Source of the DNA: a virus
Lineage: Duplodnaviria; Caudoviricetes
Length of the DNA stretch: 43,162 bases
Direction: 5' to 3' (one strand)
IMG/VR virus record: IMGVR_UViG_3300023095_000001
Coordinates: 1-43,162 of that record
Below the pieces are notes generated by a model, which was given only the letters and a program-made list of their open reading frames with translations, ran no database searches and had not been told where the DNA came from. Both the position numbers and the translations under genes were made by a program. How positions within the stretch are numbered: the stretch's first letter is position 1; every line of letters starts with the position of its first letter. Shown here piece by piece: positions 8,440 to 17,288 of the stretch.

Positions 8440-9720
8440 TTAAACTGCTGGTTTCAATAAGGCAGCTTTAACGGTTGCCAATGTAAGAACCATCCAGGCT
8501 GGTTTTTCGTTTGCTGCAATTCTCAACAAAGAGAATACTTCGCCAATTGCTGTTTTCTGATTTTTGATGAATTGGTCGTTATACGTTCCAAATCTCAAAA
8601 TGAAATCAGAGTGCCATTCTTTGTAAACCCCTGCTTCGCCAACCAATGCCGTACCTTGCGCAATCTTGTAAGAACTGAACACACGCATACCGTTGATTCT
8701 GTAAGAACCGTCGCCGCTTACAGTCATGTAAGGTTTGAATTGTGGTCTACCGTCAACGTCCTGCGTGAACATTGCTGCAAAAATATCGCTTGGGTTCATA
8801 ATTACCGTGTCCGGAGTGAAATACATTCCTTCGATAACCGATTGTCCGGCAATGATTGCAAGACCGTTGTCCGGCACAACAAATGTGTCGTCAAAAACAG
8901 AGGTTGTGTAAGCGACTGCGTTTGTTTGGATTGTAGCAATTAAACCGTCTTGCCAAGCGCGAACAACTTTGTCCTCGAATAAACGAACGATTTCAGCGAA
9001 CAACATTTCGTTGTCCATTTCGAATTCTTCCGTCCACTCAATACGACCAGCATATTTTTTACGCGGCGTACGGTTTTTAATGAACGTGTCTGAAGTCAAC
9101 GGTTTTGTTCCGCCTTCCGCAACTACCGTTACAGCACCTTCCGCTGTTGCTTGCTCAGTCCTGATAACTTCGCTTGGCACTTTGGCAACCTGGCTGTTCG
9201 GAATCACTTCAAGAATGAAGTTTTTCGGGTAACGGATTCTTGCGATGTCGTTTTCTACAAGGTAATTTTCAACCAAAGGTAAAAGAACTCCTGTTCCGTT
9301 TGTCATTGCTGAAGTTGTAGTAAACATTGCTGCGGCTCTTTGCTCGCTGAAAGTAATCTCGAAATCCTGTCCCGTTTTAATCGCGTTAACGATTTCAGGT
9401 TTGTTTTTCTCGATCATTCCACGCAATTGGAACTTTTCTTTGTTGCTCAGAGTTTTGGTAGTTTGTTGCTCTACTTTTTCCATTGCTTCGGCAATTCCCC
9501 TGATCTGTGCGGCGATTGGCACGACTTTTCCGTCCTTGTCCTTTTCGGTTGCTCCCAAATGCGTATCAAGAGCCTCTTTAATAGCGGTTGATGCAGATTC
9601 GTTTTCTTTAGCTTGTCGCAATTCAAGAACAGCCTCTAATCCTTCGATAAAAGTAACCTGGCTATCGTCAAGTTTTGCGCCTCTTTGCTCTAAAGCCTTT
9701 CTTAATTCAAATTTTTCCAT
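8440..9720 (-). CDS. HK97-fold major capsid protein with N-terminal scaffolding (delta) domain
   Basis: Coiled-coil N-terminus, VAEGGTKP, KKYAGRI, VIMNPSD, INGMRV; follows the prohead protease. Confidence 0.92.
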   Translation of the reverse strand: MEKFELRKALEQRGAKLDDSQVTFIEGLEAVLELRQAKENESASTAIKEALDTHLGATEKDKDGKVVPIAAQIRGIAEAMEKVEQQTTKTLSNKEKFQLRGMIEKNKPEIVNAIKTGQDFEITFSEQRAAAMFTTTSAMTNGTGVLLPLVENYLVENDIARIRYPKNFILEVIPNSQVAKVPSEVIRTEQATAEGAVTVVAEGGTKPLTSDTFIKNRTPRKKYAGRIEWTEEFEMDNEMLFAEIVRLFEDKVVRAWQDGLIATIQTNAVAYTTSVFDDTFVVPDNGLAIIAGQSVIEGMYFTPDTVIMNPSDIFAAMFTQDVDGRPQFKPYMTVSGDGSYRINGMRVFSSYKIAQGTALVGEAGVYKEWHSDFILRFGTYNDQFIKNQKTAIGEVFSLLRIAANEKPAWMVLTLATVKAALLKPAV

Positions 9721-9740
9721 TTGATTATTTTTGTTTATAA

Positions 9741-10418
9741 TTAAAAAATAGTAACGTTTGATTTTCTTTCTTCCGTTTGCGCAGTTTCAGGAGTGTTCGT
9801 CACGGCTGCTGATCTTGTAGCTAACAAATTGTGTAAATCGGTTATTTGCTCTGGAGTAAATTTATCCAGTATTGCATTTTCTTGTAATTCTATAAATCCT
9901 CTGGTTTGCGCCTTTGGATCTGCTGAAAAGTTAAGAACGGTAATTTCTCCTAACTTCAATTCTTTTATAACATAAGTGTCGTCTGTAGCGTCGTACTCCA
10001 CCTTGTCCCACATATAATTAAATCCGTATGATAATTGCTGCATCATTCCGGCTTTTCTAAGAGCAACCACATCATCGGCGTATGAAACCCCGTCAATTAT
10101 ATCGCCCTCAAACCAAAGTCCGTAATCATCTTCCTGTAAAACGGTTGGTCTACATAAAGCCTGATCCGTTCTATGGTCTTTTAAAACCAATATTGGATTT
10201 CCGGAAGTACTACCAACGCCCCTGGCATTAAGACTGTTCAATGTTGCGCCTCGCATTACCTTTTCTTTGAACTCGTTTACGGAATTCCAGATGATTGCAT
10301 ATCCTTTAATCTTTCGATCATCGGTAATCTCCAATTTAGCGCGCACAGCATCAAACGGTGCTGATACCGGGTTTTTATATTTTTCTCTTTCGGTCTTAAA
10401 TATTGCTAAATTATCCAT
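9741..10418 (-). CDS. HK97-family prohead protease
   Basis: IKGYAIIWN, LKDH, EDDYGLWFEG, QLSYGF, LGEITVL motifs. Confidence 0.9.
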   Translation of the reverse strand: MDNLAIFKTEREKYKNPVSAPFDAVRAKLEITDDRKIKGYAIIWNSVNEFKEKVMRGATLNSLNARGVGSTSGNPILVLKDHRTDQALCRPTVLQEDDYGLWFEGDIIDGVSYADDVVALRKAGMMQQLSYGFNYMWDKVEYDATDDTYVIKELKLGEITVLNFSADPKAQTRGFIELQENAILDKFTPEQITDLHNLLATRSAAVTNTPETAQTEERKSNVTIF

Positions 10419-11667
10419 TGTATTTATCTTCTAAATTTTTATAAGCATTCGTTGTATTTGCTCCGGCCTCTTTCATTTTTGCCAAATTATCGAGAAGGAT
10501 TCCATCACTTTCTAAAGCTGTTTTCTTATCTTCTTGCAACGCTTCAACTTTACTGAAGTTCGGCCTATGAACTACACCATCAGGTAGGTAATACGCTTTA
10601 TCCAACAATCTTGCCTCTTCTTCACAAACGGATTTAACTACATTCTGCCAAAGGCTTTTTTCTGCATCGTTTTTATTCGTGAAGGTACTGCTGCCTTTTC
10701 TCGGTATCAATTCAGGATCAACCCCGAATATACCCGCAATCGTGACCGCGTTGCTTTCGGTTTCTTCAAACGGCTGCAATTCCGCAATAGTTCCGAGTGT
10801 TTTAATGAACTGAAGCGGAATAGATGAAATCCCGATAAAGTTTTTATTTCCTGTAATACCGTTACGGTCTTGAAGGTCTTTCAATATTTCATCGCGTGTT
10901 GCCGGATCTACTGCTTCCTGTATGCTGCTGCTTCCTGCGCTTGGTGCTTTACTTAAAATACCGCCGTTTCCGTTCTTAGCGTACACATTGTAACGTGCTT
11001 GGTAAACCGCAAGGATATTGTCAATATTTCTGCTAACCCTGTTAAGAGGCGAAATTCCGCGGCCTTTTTCGTCCAATCCCAAAACCGTGCTTTGAGTAAT
11101 GTATCGCGGATCGATATAATGCTGATACATAAAGAACGTTTTGTAAAACTCGATAAGTTCTCCTTTGTCTTTCATCAGAAAAGGGTTGGTTATTTCTTTT
11201 CTGAACACCGGAGCGGTAACATCAGGCTGCAATACCCAAATATTACTAATGTTGTCGTATGTCGGATTTACAATACTTTTAGGTGTTTTCGTGTACAAAT
11301 ACGCGTTACCATCTGAATACTTTGAAAATACGCTTTTATATACCAAATCATTCAAGCTGTCGAAAGGATTCGGACTTTTGTGCAGCTTCAAAAGATTTCC
11401 TGTTGGCGTATACAGTTCACCTGTCTTTTCATAAACCAATTCATAATCAACACTCGCTGCCCTGTCGGCAATGGCATCAATCGGAATGAACGTTTCCGCT
11501 AAGTGGCAAGCCAGGTAATACGGATTACTTTTCGCGTAAGTCATTAAGTTTTCACTATTCAAAGAACTTAAGTACTGATTGAAGTACTGAAACCAAGCAC
11601 CGTCATTATCCTGTTCGGCATAGCCTTTCGGACTTTGCTTTTTCTCCTTACCATTCCACCACGCCAT
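10411..11667 (-). CDS. portal protein (HK97-like)
   Basis: 418 aa; PNPF, DGNAY, GRGISPL, IAGIFGVDPELI, STFTN; lies between terminase and protease. Confidence 0.9.
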   Translation of the reverse strand: MAWWNGKEKKQSPKGYAEQDNDGAWFQYFNQYLSSLNSENLMTYAKSNPYYLACHLAETFIPIDAIADRAASVDYELVYEKTGELYTPTGNLLKLHKSPNPFDSLNDLVYKSVFSKYSDGNAYLYTKTPKSIVNPTYDNISNIWVLQPDVTAPVFRKEITNPFLMKDKGELIEFYKTFFMYQHYIDPRYITQSTVLGLDEKGRGISPLNRVSRNIDNILAVYQARYNVYAKNGNGGILSKAPSAGSSSIQEAVDPATRDEILKDLQDRNGITGNKNFIGISSIPLQFIKTLGTIAELQPFEETESNAVTIAGIFGVDPELIPRKGSSTFTNKNDAEKSLWQNVVKSVCEEEARLLDKAYYLPDGVVHRPNFSKVEALQEDKKTALESDGILLDNLAKMKEAGANTTNAYKNLEDKYNG

Positions 11668-11680
11668 TAATTATAAAAGT

Positions 11681-11863
11681 AAAAAATCCCTGCACTCAAT
11701 GAATGTAGGGATAAGTTAATATTTAGTTCTTTCGGCATATATGATATTGTGGCGTGTAATAAGTACTTTCGCAATGGTTGGATTTTTACCAACAACTCCC
11801 GGCTCACTCAGTCCAGCGTTTCTGTCTTTTGAATTACAAAGCTATGCACTTAGGGCAAATGTA
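11681..11863 (-). ncRNA. candidate structured RNA / 5' leader between promoter and terminator upstream of the portal gene
   Basis: -7 box TACATTTG at 11856-11863; nested stems GCATA/TATGC and TGTAAT/ATTACA; three internal hairpins; terminator at 11681-11712. Confidence 0.5.
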
Positions 11864-11959
11864 ATAATTTATTTTCAATCACAATGATATTTTTTGCAAT
11901 GCGCTGTAATTCTTTTAATTTCCTGCCTTACATCGTACCAGAATGAATAAAATATACGC

Positions 11960-13408
11960 TTAGCTGTAAAGGATTTTTTTGTACTTGATTTTGATGATTG
12001 CCGCGGCTGAGCACAAACTATCGATTGCATCTTTTTTGTTTTTGTTGTCGCCTTCCCTGGCGTACCCTGTCGCATCTTCAATGAAACGCTTATATTCCGG
12101 TATTTCTTTGTAATTTTCATCAAATATAAAATATTTCAAAACAAATTCGTAATTGCTTAATATCCGGACTTCTTTATTGATTGTGCTTGAAAACGGTTTT
12201 ATTTTAGCGTGGTTTGCCAAATCTCTTTTTAAAAGCAAGTAAGCGCCAACACCAACGCCGTTGACTTCCAAAAACGCTTCTTCAATGTATGATAATCTCA
12301 TTTTCATTATTGACCTTTCAGTAACAACTTCAATACCTTCTTTGCTATGAATAACGTCTTTTACAAAACAGCTCAGTTGGTTATCTACAACAGCAACGTG
12401 CATCATTGGAATACTAAAGCTGTCCCCGCCTTTGTCTGCCGGATCGCCAACAGAGAATTTAAATACAATATTTTCTTCAGGAATATTATTTACATTTCCA
12501 AAGCGCATCATAGACAATGGCAGTAACTTGCCTTTCACATCGCTAGGAGCTTGCTGGTACTGAGTTTCAAAAACACGTTCGTCAGCATCCCTTATTTTCT
12601 GAAGTTCTGCTAACGTTTGTTTAAACTCCCACAGAGCGTGTTCTTTTCCGAATTCATCGGTTTCAATACAAGGTAAATTAATAAAAGTCCATTGGTCGCC
12701 CTCATTCTCTTGTAAATAGCCAATTAAATCTTTTTCATGTAACCTTTGACCAATAACTATAATTGGGGTATTTCGGCTGTTTGTACGGCTTCGTATAGTA
12801 TTTTCAAATCTTTGGTTAACTCGATCCCTTTTAACGTCAGAATCAGCATCATCCGGCTTTAAAGCATCATCAATTATAATTGCACCAGCGAATTTGTTAT
12901 TTACTGATTCGGAAGTGAATTCATCAATGTCGTCTTCATCAACTTCACCAGCTCCAAATCCCGTTATTTGCCCACCTGTTGCAGTAGCGTAAATACCACC
13001 GCCCTCTGATGTGTACCATTTATTCTTGGCCGTGCTGCTTTTATCCATTTTTACCCAAGGGAAAAGCCTTTTATATTCCGGTTCCTGAATAAAGTCCCGG
13101 ACTTCTTCGGAGTTATCTAAAGCCAACGATTGTGAGTAGGAAAGATGTATGAATTTAGCCGCCGGATTAATACCTAATCCCATTGCTATAAGATTTTTAA
13201 CTGCGATTTCAGTTTTGCCGTAACGAGGTGCAATAGCAATAGCAAGCCTTTTAATTTTACCGGACAAAACACCGTCAATCGCTTCGCAGATTATTTTGTG
13301 ATGTTTATTTACAACAAAACCTCTTTTGAAACGCTCCCTGAAAAAGTACCTGGTAAAAAGAAGCGAATCAGAAACTAATGCGGCGCGTATCAGTTCAGTT
13401 TCTGTCAA
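11960..13408 (-). CDS. terL: terminase large subunit (TTG start)
   Basis: Walker A APRYGKTE, GGQITGFGAG, Walker B IIIDD, QRLHEKD, nuclease motifs DPADKGGD and DAIDS. Confidence 0.95.
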   Translation of the reverse strand: MTETELIRAALVSDSLLFTRYFFRERFKRGFVVNKHHKIICEAIDGVLSGKIKRLAIAIAPRYGKTEIAVKNLIAMGLGINPAAKFIHLSYSQSLALDNSEEVRDFIQEPEYKRLFPWVKMDKSSTAKNKWYTSEGGGIYATATGGQITGFGAGEVDEDDIDEFTSESVNNKFAGAIIIDDALKPDDADSDVKRDRVNQRFENTIRSRTNSRNTPIIVIGQRLHEKDLIGYLQENEGDQWTFINLPCIETDEFGKEHALWEFKQTLAELQKIRDADERVFETQYQQAPSDVKGKLLPLSMMRFGNVNNIPEENIVFKFSVGDPADKGGDSFSIPMMHVAVVDNQLSCFVKDVIHSKEGIEVVTERSIMKMRLSYIEEAFLEVNGVGVGAYLLLKRDLANHAKIKPFSSTINKEVRILSNYEFVLKYFIFDENYKEIPEYKRFIEDATGYAREGDNKNKKDAIDSLCSAAAIIKIKYKKILYS

Positions 13409-13695
13409 AGTTTATCGAGGTTTTCCATTAATAACCTTGCTTCATCTGGAGTAAGTGGTTTTTCAGGACTTGCAATATATCCGCTGTGATCTATTGATTG
13501 TTTAGGCATTCCGTATCGATAAGACAGCCAAGTCTTAATTGCGTTGTGATCCTGTTCCTGAACCAAAGCGGCTAATGACTGCCAGGCAATATCCGGGACG
13601 AGTATAGCGTCCATCTTTTCAATCAATGAAATTTCATCAACTTTTGACGGTCTTCCTGCTCCTTGTCTTGCCCCTCCATGTTTCTTTTGTTCCAT
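13405..13695 (-). CDS. terS: terminase small subunit
   Basis: HGGARQGAGRP N-terminus and YGMPKQ; overlaps the terL start. Confidence 0.8.
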   Translation of the reverse strand: MEQKKHGGARQGAGRPSKVDEISLIEKMDAILVPDIAWQSLAALVQEQDHNAIKTWLSYRYGMPKQSIDHSGYIASPEKPLTPDEARLLMENLDKL

Positions 13696-13718
13696 TTTGA
13701 AAAATCTTGAATAATCAA

Positions 13719-13726
13719 CAAATATA
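13719..13726 (-). promoter_or_regulatory. -7 box TATATTTG upstream of terS
   Basis: Matches TAnnTTTG 23 nt upstream of the ATG. Confidence 0.6.
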
Positions 13727-13766
13727 CAATTATTTTCTTTCCAAATTCACTACCCTTAAAAATTCA

Positions 13767-13868
13767 TCAGTTCCGATTACTCTTAAAATCCAATGCGTTT
13801 GATCTCGGCCGGAACATTAAAGCCATGTTGTCCTCGTTTGTAATTGTTATTTTGTCTGTTATATTCAT
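13767..13868 (-). pseudogene. 5' remnant of a DNA methyltransferase gene
   Basis: MNITDKITITNEDNMALM resembles the N-terminus of Bacteroidota phage N6/N4 MTases but ends after 33 aa without DPPY. Confidence 0.55.
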
Positions 13869-14062
13869 GATCTCTTCCCCGTAAACTTAATCTCACCTTT
13901 TTGCTCCAGCCATTGAACGTAGTTAGCGAGTACTTCATCAATGCAATAAGCTGAGGAATCATTGAGTATTGGGTAAATGATATAATCATCTTCATTCAAT
14001 TCCGGCAGTTGTTTATCCAGATACTCCCGTGCGTTTTGTAAGTCTTTTTCTTGGTTTGTCAT
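13865..14062 (-). CDS. hypothetical protein
   Basis: 65 aa, ATG, co-oriented with neighbours. Confidence 0.65.
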   Translation of the reverse strand: MTNQEKDLQNAREYLDKQLPELNEDDYIIYPILNDSSAYCIDEVLANYVQWLEQKGEIKFTGKRS

Positions 14063-14079
14063 TGTGTTATGATTTTAGG

Positions 14080-14508
14080 TTATTTTCGTCCATGAATCAG
14101 CATATAAGCGTCACGCTGCTCCTGATTTGTTCTTTGTGTAATTTTGGTTATCTGTTTAAAAAATTCTGAATTTACTTTTGATCGTGTTGGCTTCACTTGT
14201 TCGTAAGTCAATCCGAAGTACTCACACATTTCAACAATCTTTTTTGCGACTTCGTGATTTGCTCCGGTACGCTGTCCGATTTGGGCGTTAACTGAATTGC
14301 TTCCCGCGGTTTTATGCCAATTTCCCTTATTCAGGTAGCCACATTCAATAACAACCGTAACGTCGCTTTCTTTATCTATCTTAAAATCGTGCAGCACTCT
14401 GTACAAATCAAAGAATCTGTAATTAAAAAGAAATATTTCCTTCCCTTGCTTAATAGCAACACCCGACTTATCAACGTCAGGATCAATGCCGATGTAAATT
14501 TTTTCCAT
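14080..14508 (-). CDS. RuvC-like Holliday junction resolvase
   Basis: YIGIDPDVDKSGVA, VVIE and EQRDAY acidic catalytic pattern. Confidence 0.75.
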   Translation of the reverse strand: MEKIYIGIDPDVDKSGVAIKQGKEIFLFNYRFFDLYRVLHDFKIDKESDVTVVIECGYLNKGNWHKTAGSNSVNAQIGQRTGANHEVAKKIVEMCEYFGLTYEQVKPTRSKVNSEFFKQITKITQRTNQEQRDAYMLIHGRK

Positions 14509-14945
14509 TAATCAAATTTTAAAGTTATGTTTTCGTTCGGCTCCGGGATATCCGTATTAAAATACTCCAAAGTGAAGTGTCTTATTTCGGCTACAAAATC
14601 CATAAACTGCGATGTGCTTAATTCAGTTGTTGATTTTATGCGCTCGAGAACTTCCCCAGAATCCTCATTTACAAACAATGTTTCTTTTAAGAATTTTAGC
14701 TTTATTAAATCGTGCGTTGCTTCAGTTGTCAGAATGTGTCCAGCATCTTTTAAGCACTGCTTTACGATCGGTAAAATCACGCCCCAATAAAATGCGTTTT
14801 GAGGATTGCTGCGTTGTTTTTTGGCCGGTTGTAAAGTTACCAAAACATTCTTTCCTTCAAACGAATTTATCGCATCGATTATCAGGTTCCGGTTTCGCTT
14901 CAGTAATCCGTTCTCTACGGTTGATCGTATTTCATATTTCATCAT
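14508..14945 (-). CDS. NinB/YbcN-like recombination protein
   Basis: KQRSNPQNAFYWGV...STTELSTSQF...IPEP motifs. Confidence 0.7.
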   Translation of the reverse strand: MMKYEIRSTVENGLLKRNRNLIIDAINSFEGKNVLVTLQPAKKQRSNPQNAFYWGVILPIVKQCLKDAGHILTTEATHDLIKLKFLKETLFVNEDSGEVLERIKSTTELSTSQFMDFVAEIRHFTLEYFNTDIPEPNENITLKFD

Positions 14946-14990
14946 AAGCGGGTTTTAAAAATCCGTTTATTGTTTTGGCTACTAGGATTT

Positions 14991-15329
14991 TCATTCGCCA
15001 AAGTCTATAGGTAGATTATTAATATCATGCATCGAAATGGTAAATCCGACATTATTTGTTTTTGCTAAAGCCATAATTTTTCGTCGGTCATCTTGTATCT
15101 TTTCGTTTACACCCCATTTGGTATAAAGAAAACTATCTTTTGAATTGTCAAATATTTTACCGTCTATAACTTTTTTAAAAGTTAACACATAAGAGTCCCC
15201 TGTATTTTGATCTACAACCATCGTTTCAATGTGTGTTTTGAGCTCTAAAGCATTAAATACACTCAGCGAAGTGCTGCATACATATTCGGTAAATTCTTTT
15301 ATAAGATTATCTTTGTCTTGTTGATTCAT
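14991..15329 (-). CDS. hypothetical protein, paralog of 24657..25007
   Basis: Shares THIETMV, FKKVI.GKIFDNSK.SFLYTK and IN.LPI with the paralog. Confidence 0.8.
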   Translation of the reverse strand: MNQQDKDNLIKEFTEYVCSTSLSVFNALELKTHIETMVVDQNTGDSYVLTFKKVIDGKIFDNSKDSFLYTKWGVNEKIQDDRRKIMALAKTNNVGFTISMHDINNLPIDFGE

Positions 15330-15340
15330 GATTCTGTTTT

Positions 15341-15628
15341 TTAAAAAGGCATTTTTAAATATAATTCTTTCGCTTTTCCGACCTCTTCAATCGGTAATCG
15401 GTGTATCACGTAAGAAAACGTATTTCCGAATTTGTTTTTCTTATTCCTGCGGTCGGCAATAAGGTTTAATCCTGATCGGTTCAATTCACTTACTCGGGTT
15501 CTGAATCCTGAAAGCCACGGAAATTCCATAATAGAAACTGATCCGGTGTTGATTAAAGTTAGAAGTATTTCCTGCGCGTTGGTCTTTGGCTGCGGTAAGC
15601 CTCCGAAAATGTCTTGTTGTGTCTTCAT
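15341..15628 (-). CDS. winged-helix HTH protein
   Basis: ILLTL...GSVS...FRTRVSELNRSG pattern. Confidence 0.55.
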   Translation of the reverse strand: MKTQQDIFGGLPQPKTNAQEILLTLINTGSVSIMEFPWLSGFRTRVSELNRSGLNLIADRRNKKNKFGNTFSYVIHRLPIEEVGKAKELYLKMPF

Positions 15629-15981
15629 AATATTTCTCCTAATCTAATTATAAAAACATCACCTTTCCAATCATCCGACCAGCTTTTCATTGGTTCTCCT
15701 ACTGTTATCCAAAGCAGTTCAACTATGATAGTAGGAGCGTCTTTTTGATATCCATTTTTAAAAGTTACTGTATCAAATTGTTTTAAACAACCTATTTCAC
15801 CTTGTAATATATTTGACCTAGCTTGACTAATTTCAAAATCTGCAAACTGCCATAAGTTTAAATTAGTCAGCCTTTTAATCCAATACGGCTTTATTTCTCG
15901 ATACTCTTCTTTCTTTTCGCCCGAAGCAATCATATCAAACCATTTCTTTTTAAGCGTTAGATGTAGTGTTTTATTTTCCAT
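15625..15981 (-). CDS. ASCH domain protein
   Basis: LHLTLKKKWFDMIASGEKKEEYRE...FKNGY. Confidence 0.85.
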   Translation of the reverse strand: MENKTLHLTLKKKWFDMIASGEKKEEYREIKPYWIKRLTNLNLWQFADFEISQARSNILQGEIGCLKQFDTVTFKNGYQKDAPTIIVELLWITVGEPMKSWSDDWKGDVFIIRLGEIL

Positions 15982-15997
15982 AATTATATTTTTAAAA

Positions 15998-16834
15998 TTA
16001 ATATTCTTCTACTAAATACGGCAAAGCATCTTTGTTAATGTCAAACGTAAAGTCGTCAAAATGATAGCCGCGTGAATATGGATTTGAAACGGTAACGGTT
16101 TTGTCAGGGTTTACTTCCAAGTTTATAACGCTTTCCGCTTTCTTCAAAACATAAGTTCCCAAATGTCCTAAAGGTTTTCCTGTTATCGCACTTTTGTGTA
16201 TTACCGTTGTAACGTGAATGTTATAATCATAAGTCCACCGCATAACGTAATCGGAAGCCTCTTTGCTCATTACAATGTCGTTTGTGTTTTCGACCAGGTC
16301 TGCAATTCCATCAATTGAAATTAACTTAACCGGGTTTTTGTAAAGCGTGTTCTGGTTTTTTAAACAATAGTCAATCAATCCCAATCTTTCTGGCGATGAT
16401 AAATGCCTAGTCGCATATCCTTTGTAATGCTCGTATAAAGTTCCTGTGATTTCCTGAACACGCCTAAACGTTCGCTGCGTATAAAATCTACCCTGCTCCG
16501 TGTCAAAGTCCAAAATCGTATAATCTTTATCTCGGTGCGTTTTGATGTTAGGGAACAGCTTGTTTGATTGACCACCAATGTATGAACCTAAAAAGGCAGA
16601 TTTTATAAAAGACTTTTTTGCTTTTGATACTGCGATTATTGCAGAAAATTCACTTGCAGTCATTACCGGGGTATCGTACCAATTGCCTTTGTATTCATGC
16701 TGACCGATTGATAAAAGCGTTTCCGGCTTTATAATTTCCTCGCTTAAGTCCACAAGGCAACTGTAAGCTATGGCAGAATAATCTTTTTCTTCTATTATTC
16801 CTTTTTCGAGGTTGTCAAAATTTAAATCAGCCAT
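15998..16834 (-). CDS. RecA-like P-loop protein (helicase-like, degenerate Walker A)
   Basis: AVSKAKKS, FDTEQG, ISIDGIADL, VIH, GHLG..VLKKAE. Confidence 0.7.
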   Translation of the reverse strand: MADLNFDNLEKGIIEEKDYSAIAYSCLVDLSEEIIKPETLLSIGQHEYKGNWYDTPVMTASEFSAIIAVSKAKKSFIKSAFLGSYIGGQSNKLFPNIKTHRDKDYTILDFDTEQGRFYTQRTFRRVQEITGTLYEHYKGYATRHLSSPERLGLIDYCLKNQNTLYKNPVKLISIDGIADLVENTNDIVMSKEASDYVMRWTYDYNIHVTTVIHKSAITGKPLGHLGTYVLKKAESVINLEVNPDKTVTVSNPYSRGYHFDDFTFDINKDALPYLVEEY

Positions 16835-17288
16835 AGTTTTCTATATCTTTTATGAAGTCATTGCAGGTTTTGTAAAAGCTTTTTGAAACGTTTGAAAGGC
16901 TCCAATTAGAATTCAGTTTATCAATTATTGCCTGTTGGCTCTGCTTAACGTCCTCTTCGTTTATCATGTTGAAAAAGGCGATCTTATCCGCTTCATTCAA
17001 TGCTTTAGTCAACGAAAACAAATGCACATCCATATTTGTTTTTAAGTCGTGCGCCATTTGCATTTTCGCATCTCTAATGTTTCCATAATACTGAACGTGG
17101 TAACGCATCATGCAGCAAAGCAGTTTAGAGAAAAGAATATTATCAACTGCGGTTTCTTTTGCGTTTGCCTCTACGATTTCGTTTAGGTGTTTTAACGCTT
17201 CGATGTCCTGCGGATAAACCCGATCTTTGTTCTTTTGAAATACATTGAATATTCTTTGTATCGCGTTGTGGTCTTTCCAGGTTCCCAT
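16827..17288 (-). CDS. hypothetical protein (replication module)
   Basis: 153 aa, overlaps both neighbours. Confidence 0.75.
   Translation of the reverse strand: MGTWKDHNAIQRIFNVFQKNKDRVYPQDIEALKHLNEIVEANAKETAVDNILFSKLLCCMMRYHVQYYGNIRDAKMQMAHDLKTNMDVHLFSLTKALNEADKIAFFNMINEEDVKQSQQAIIDKLNSNWSLSNVSKSFYKTCNDFIKDIENYG

Noticed and set aside
11760-11820. tRNA, cobalamin riboswitch or hammerhead ribozyme in the terL-portal gap
   Set aside because: Only a T-arm-like hairpin is present. There is no anticodon arm or TTC, no B12 box, and CTGAGTGA does not fit the CUGAnGA core with properly placed stems; kept only as an unclassified structured RNA
11875-12123. 82-aa minus-strand ORF overlapping the terL 3' end
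   Set aside because: It lies mostly within terL in another frame, with no motif and no frameshift signal seen
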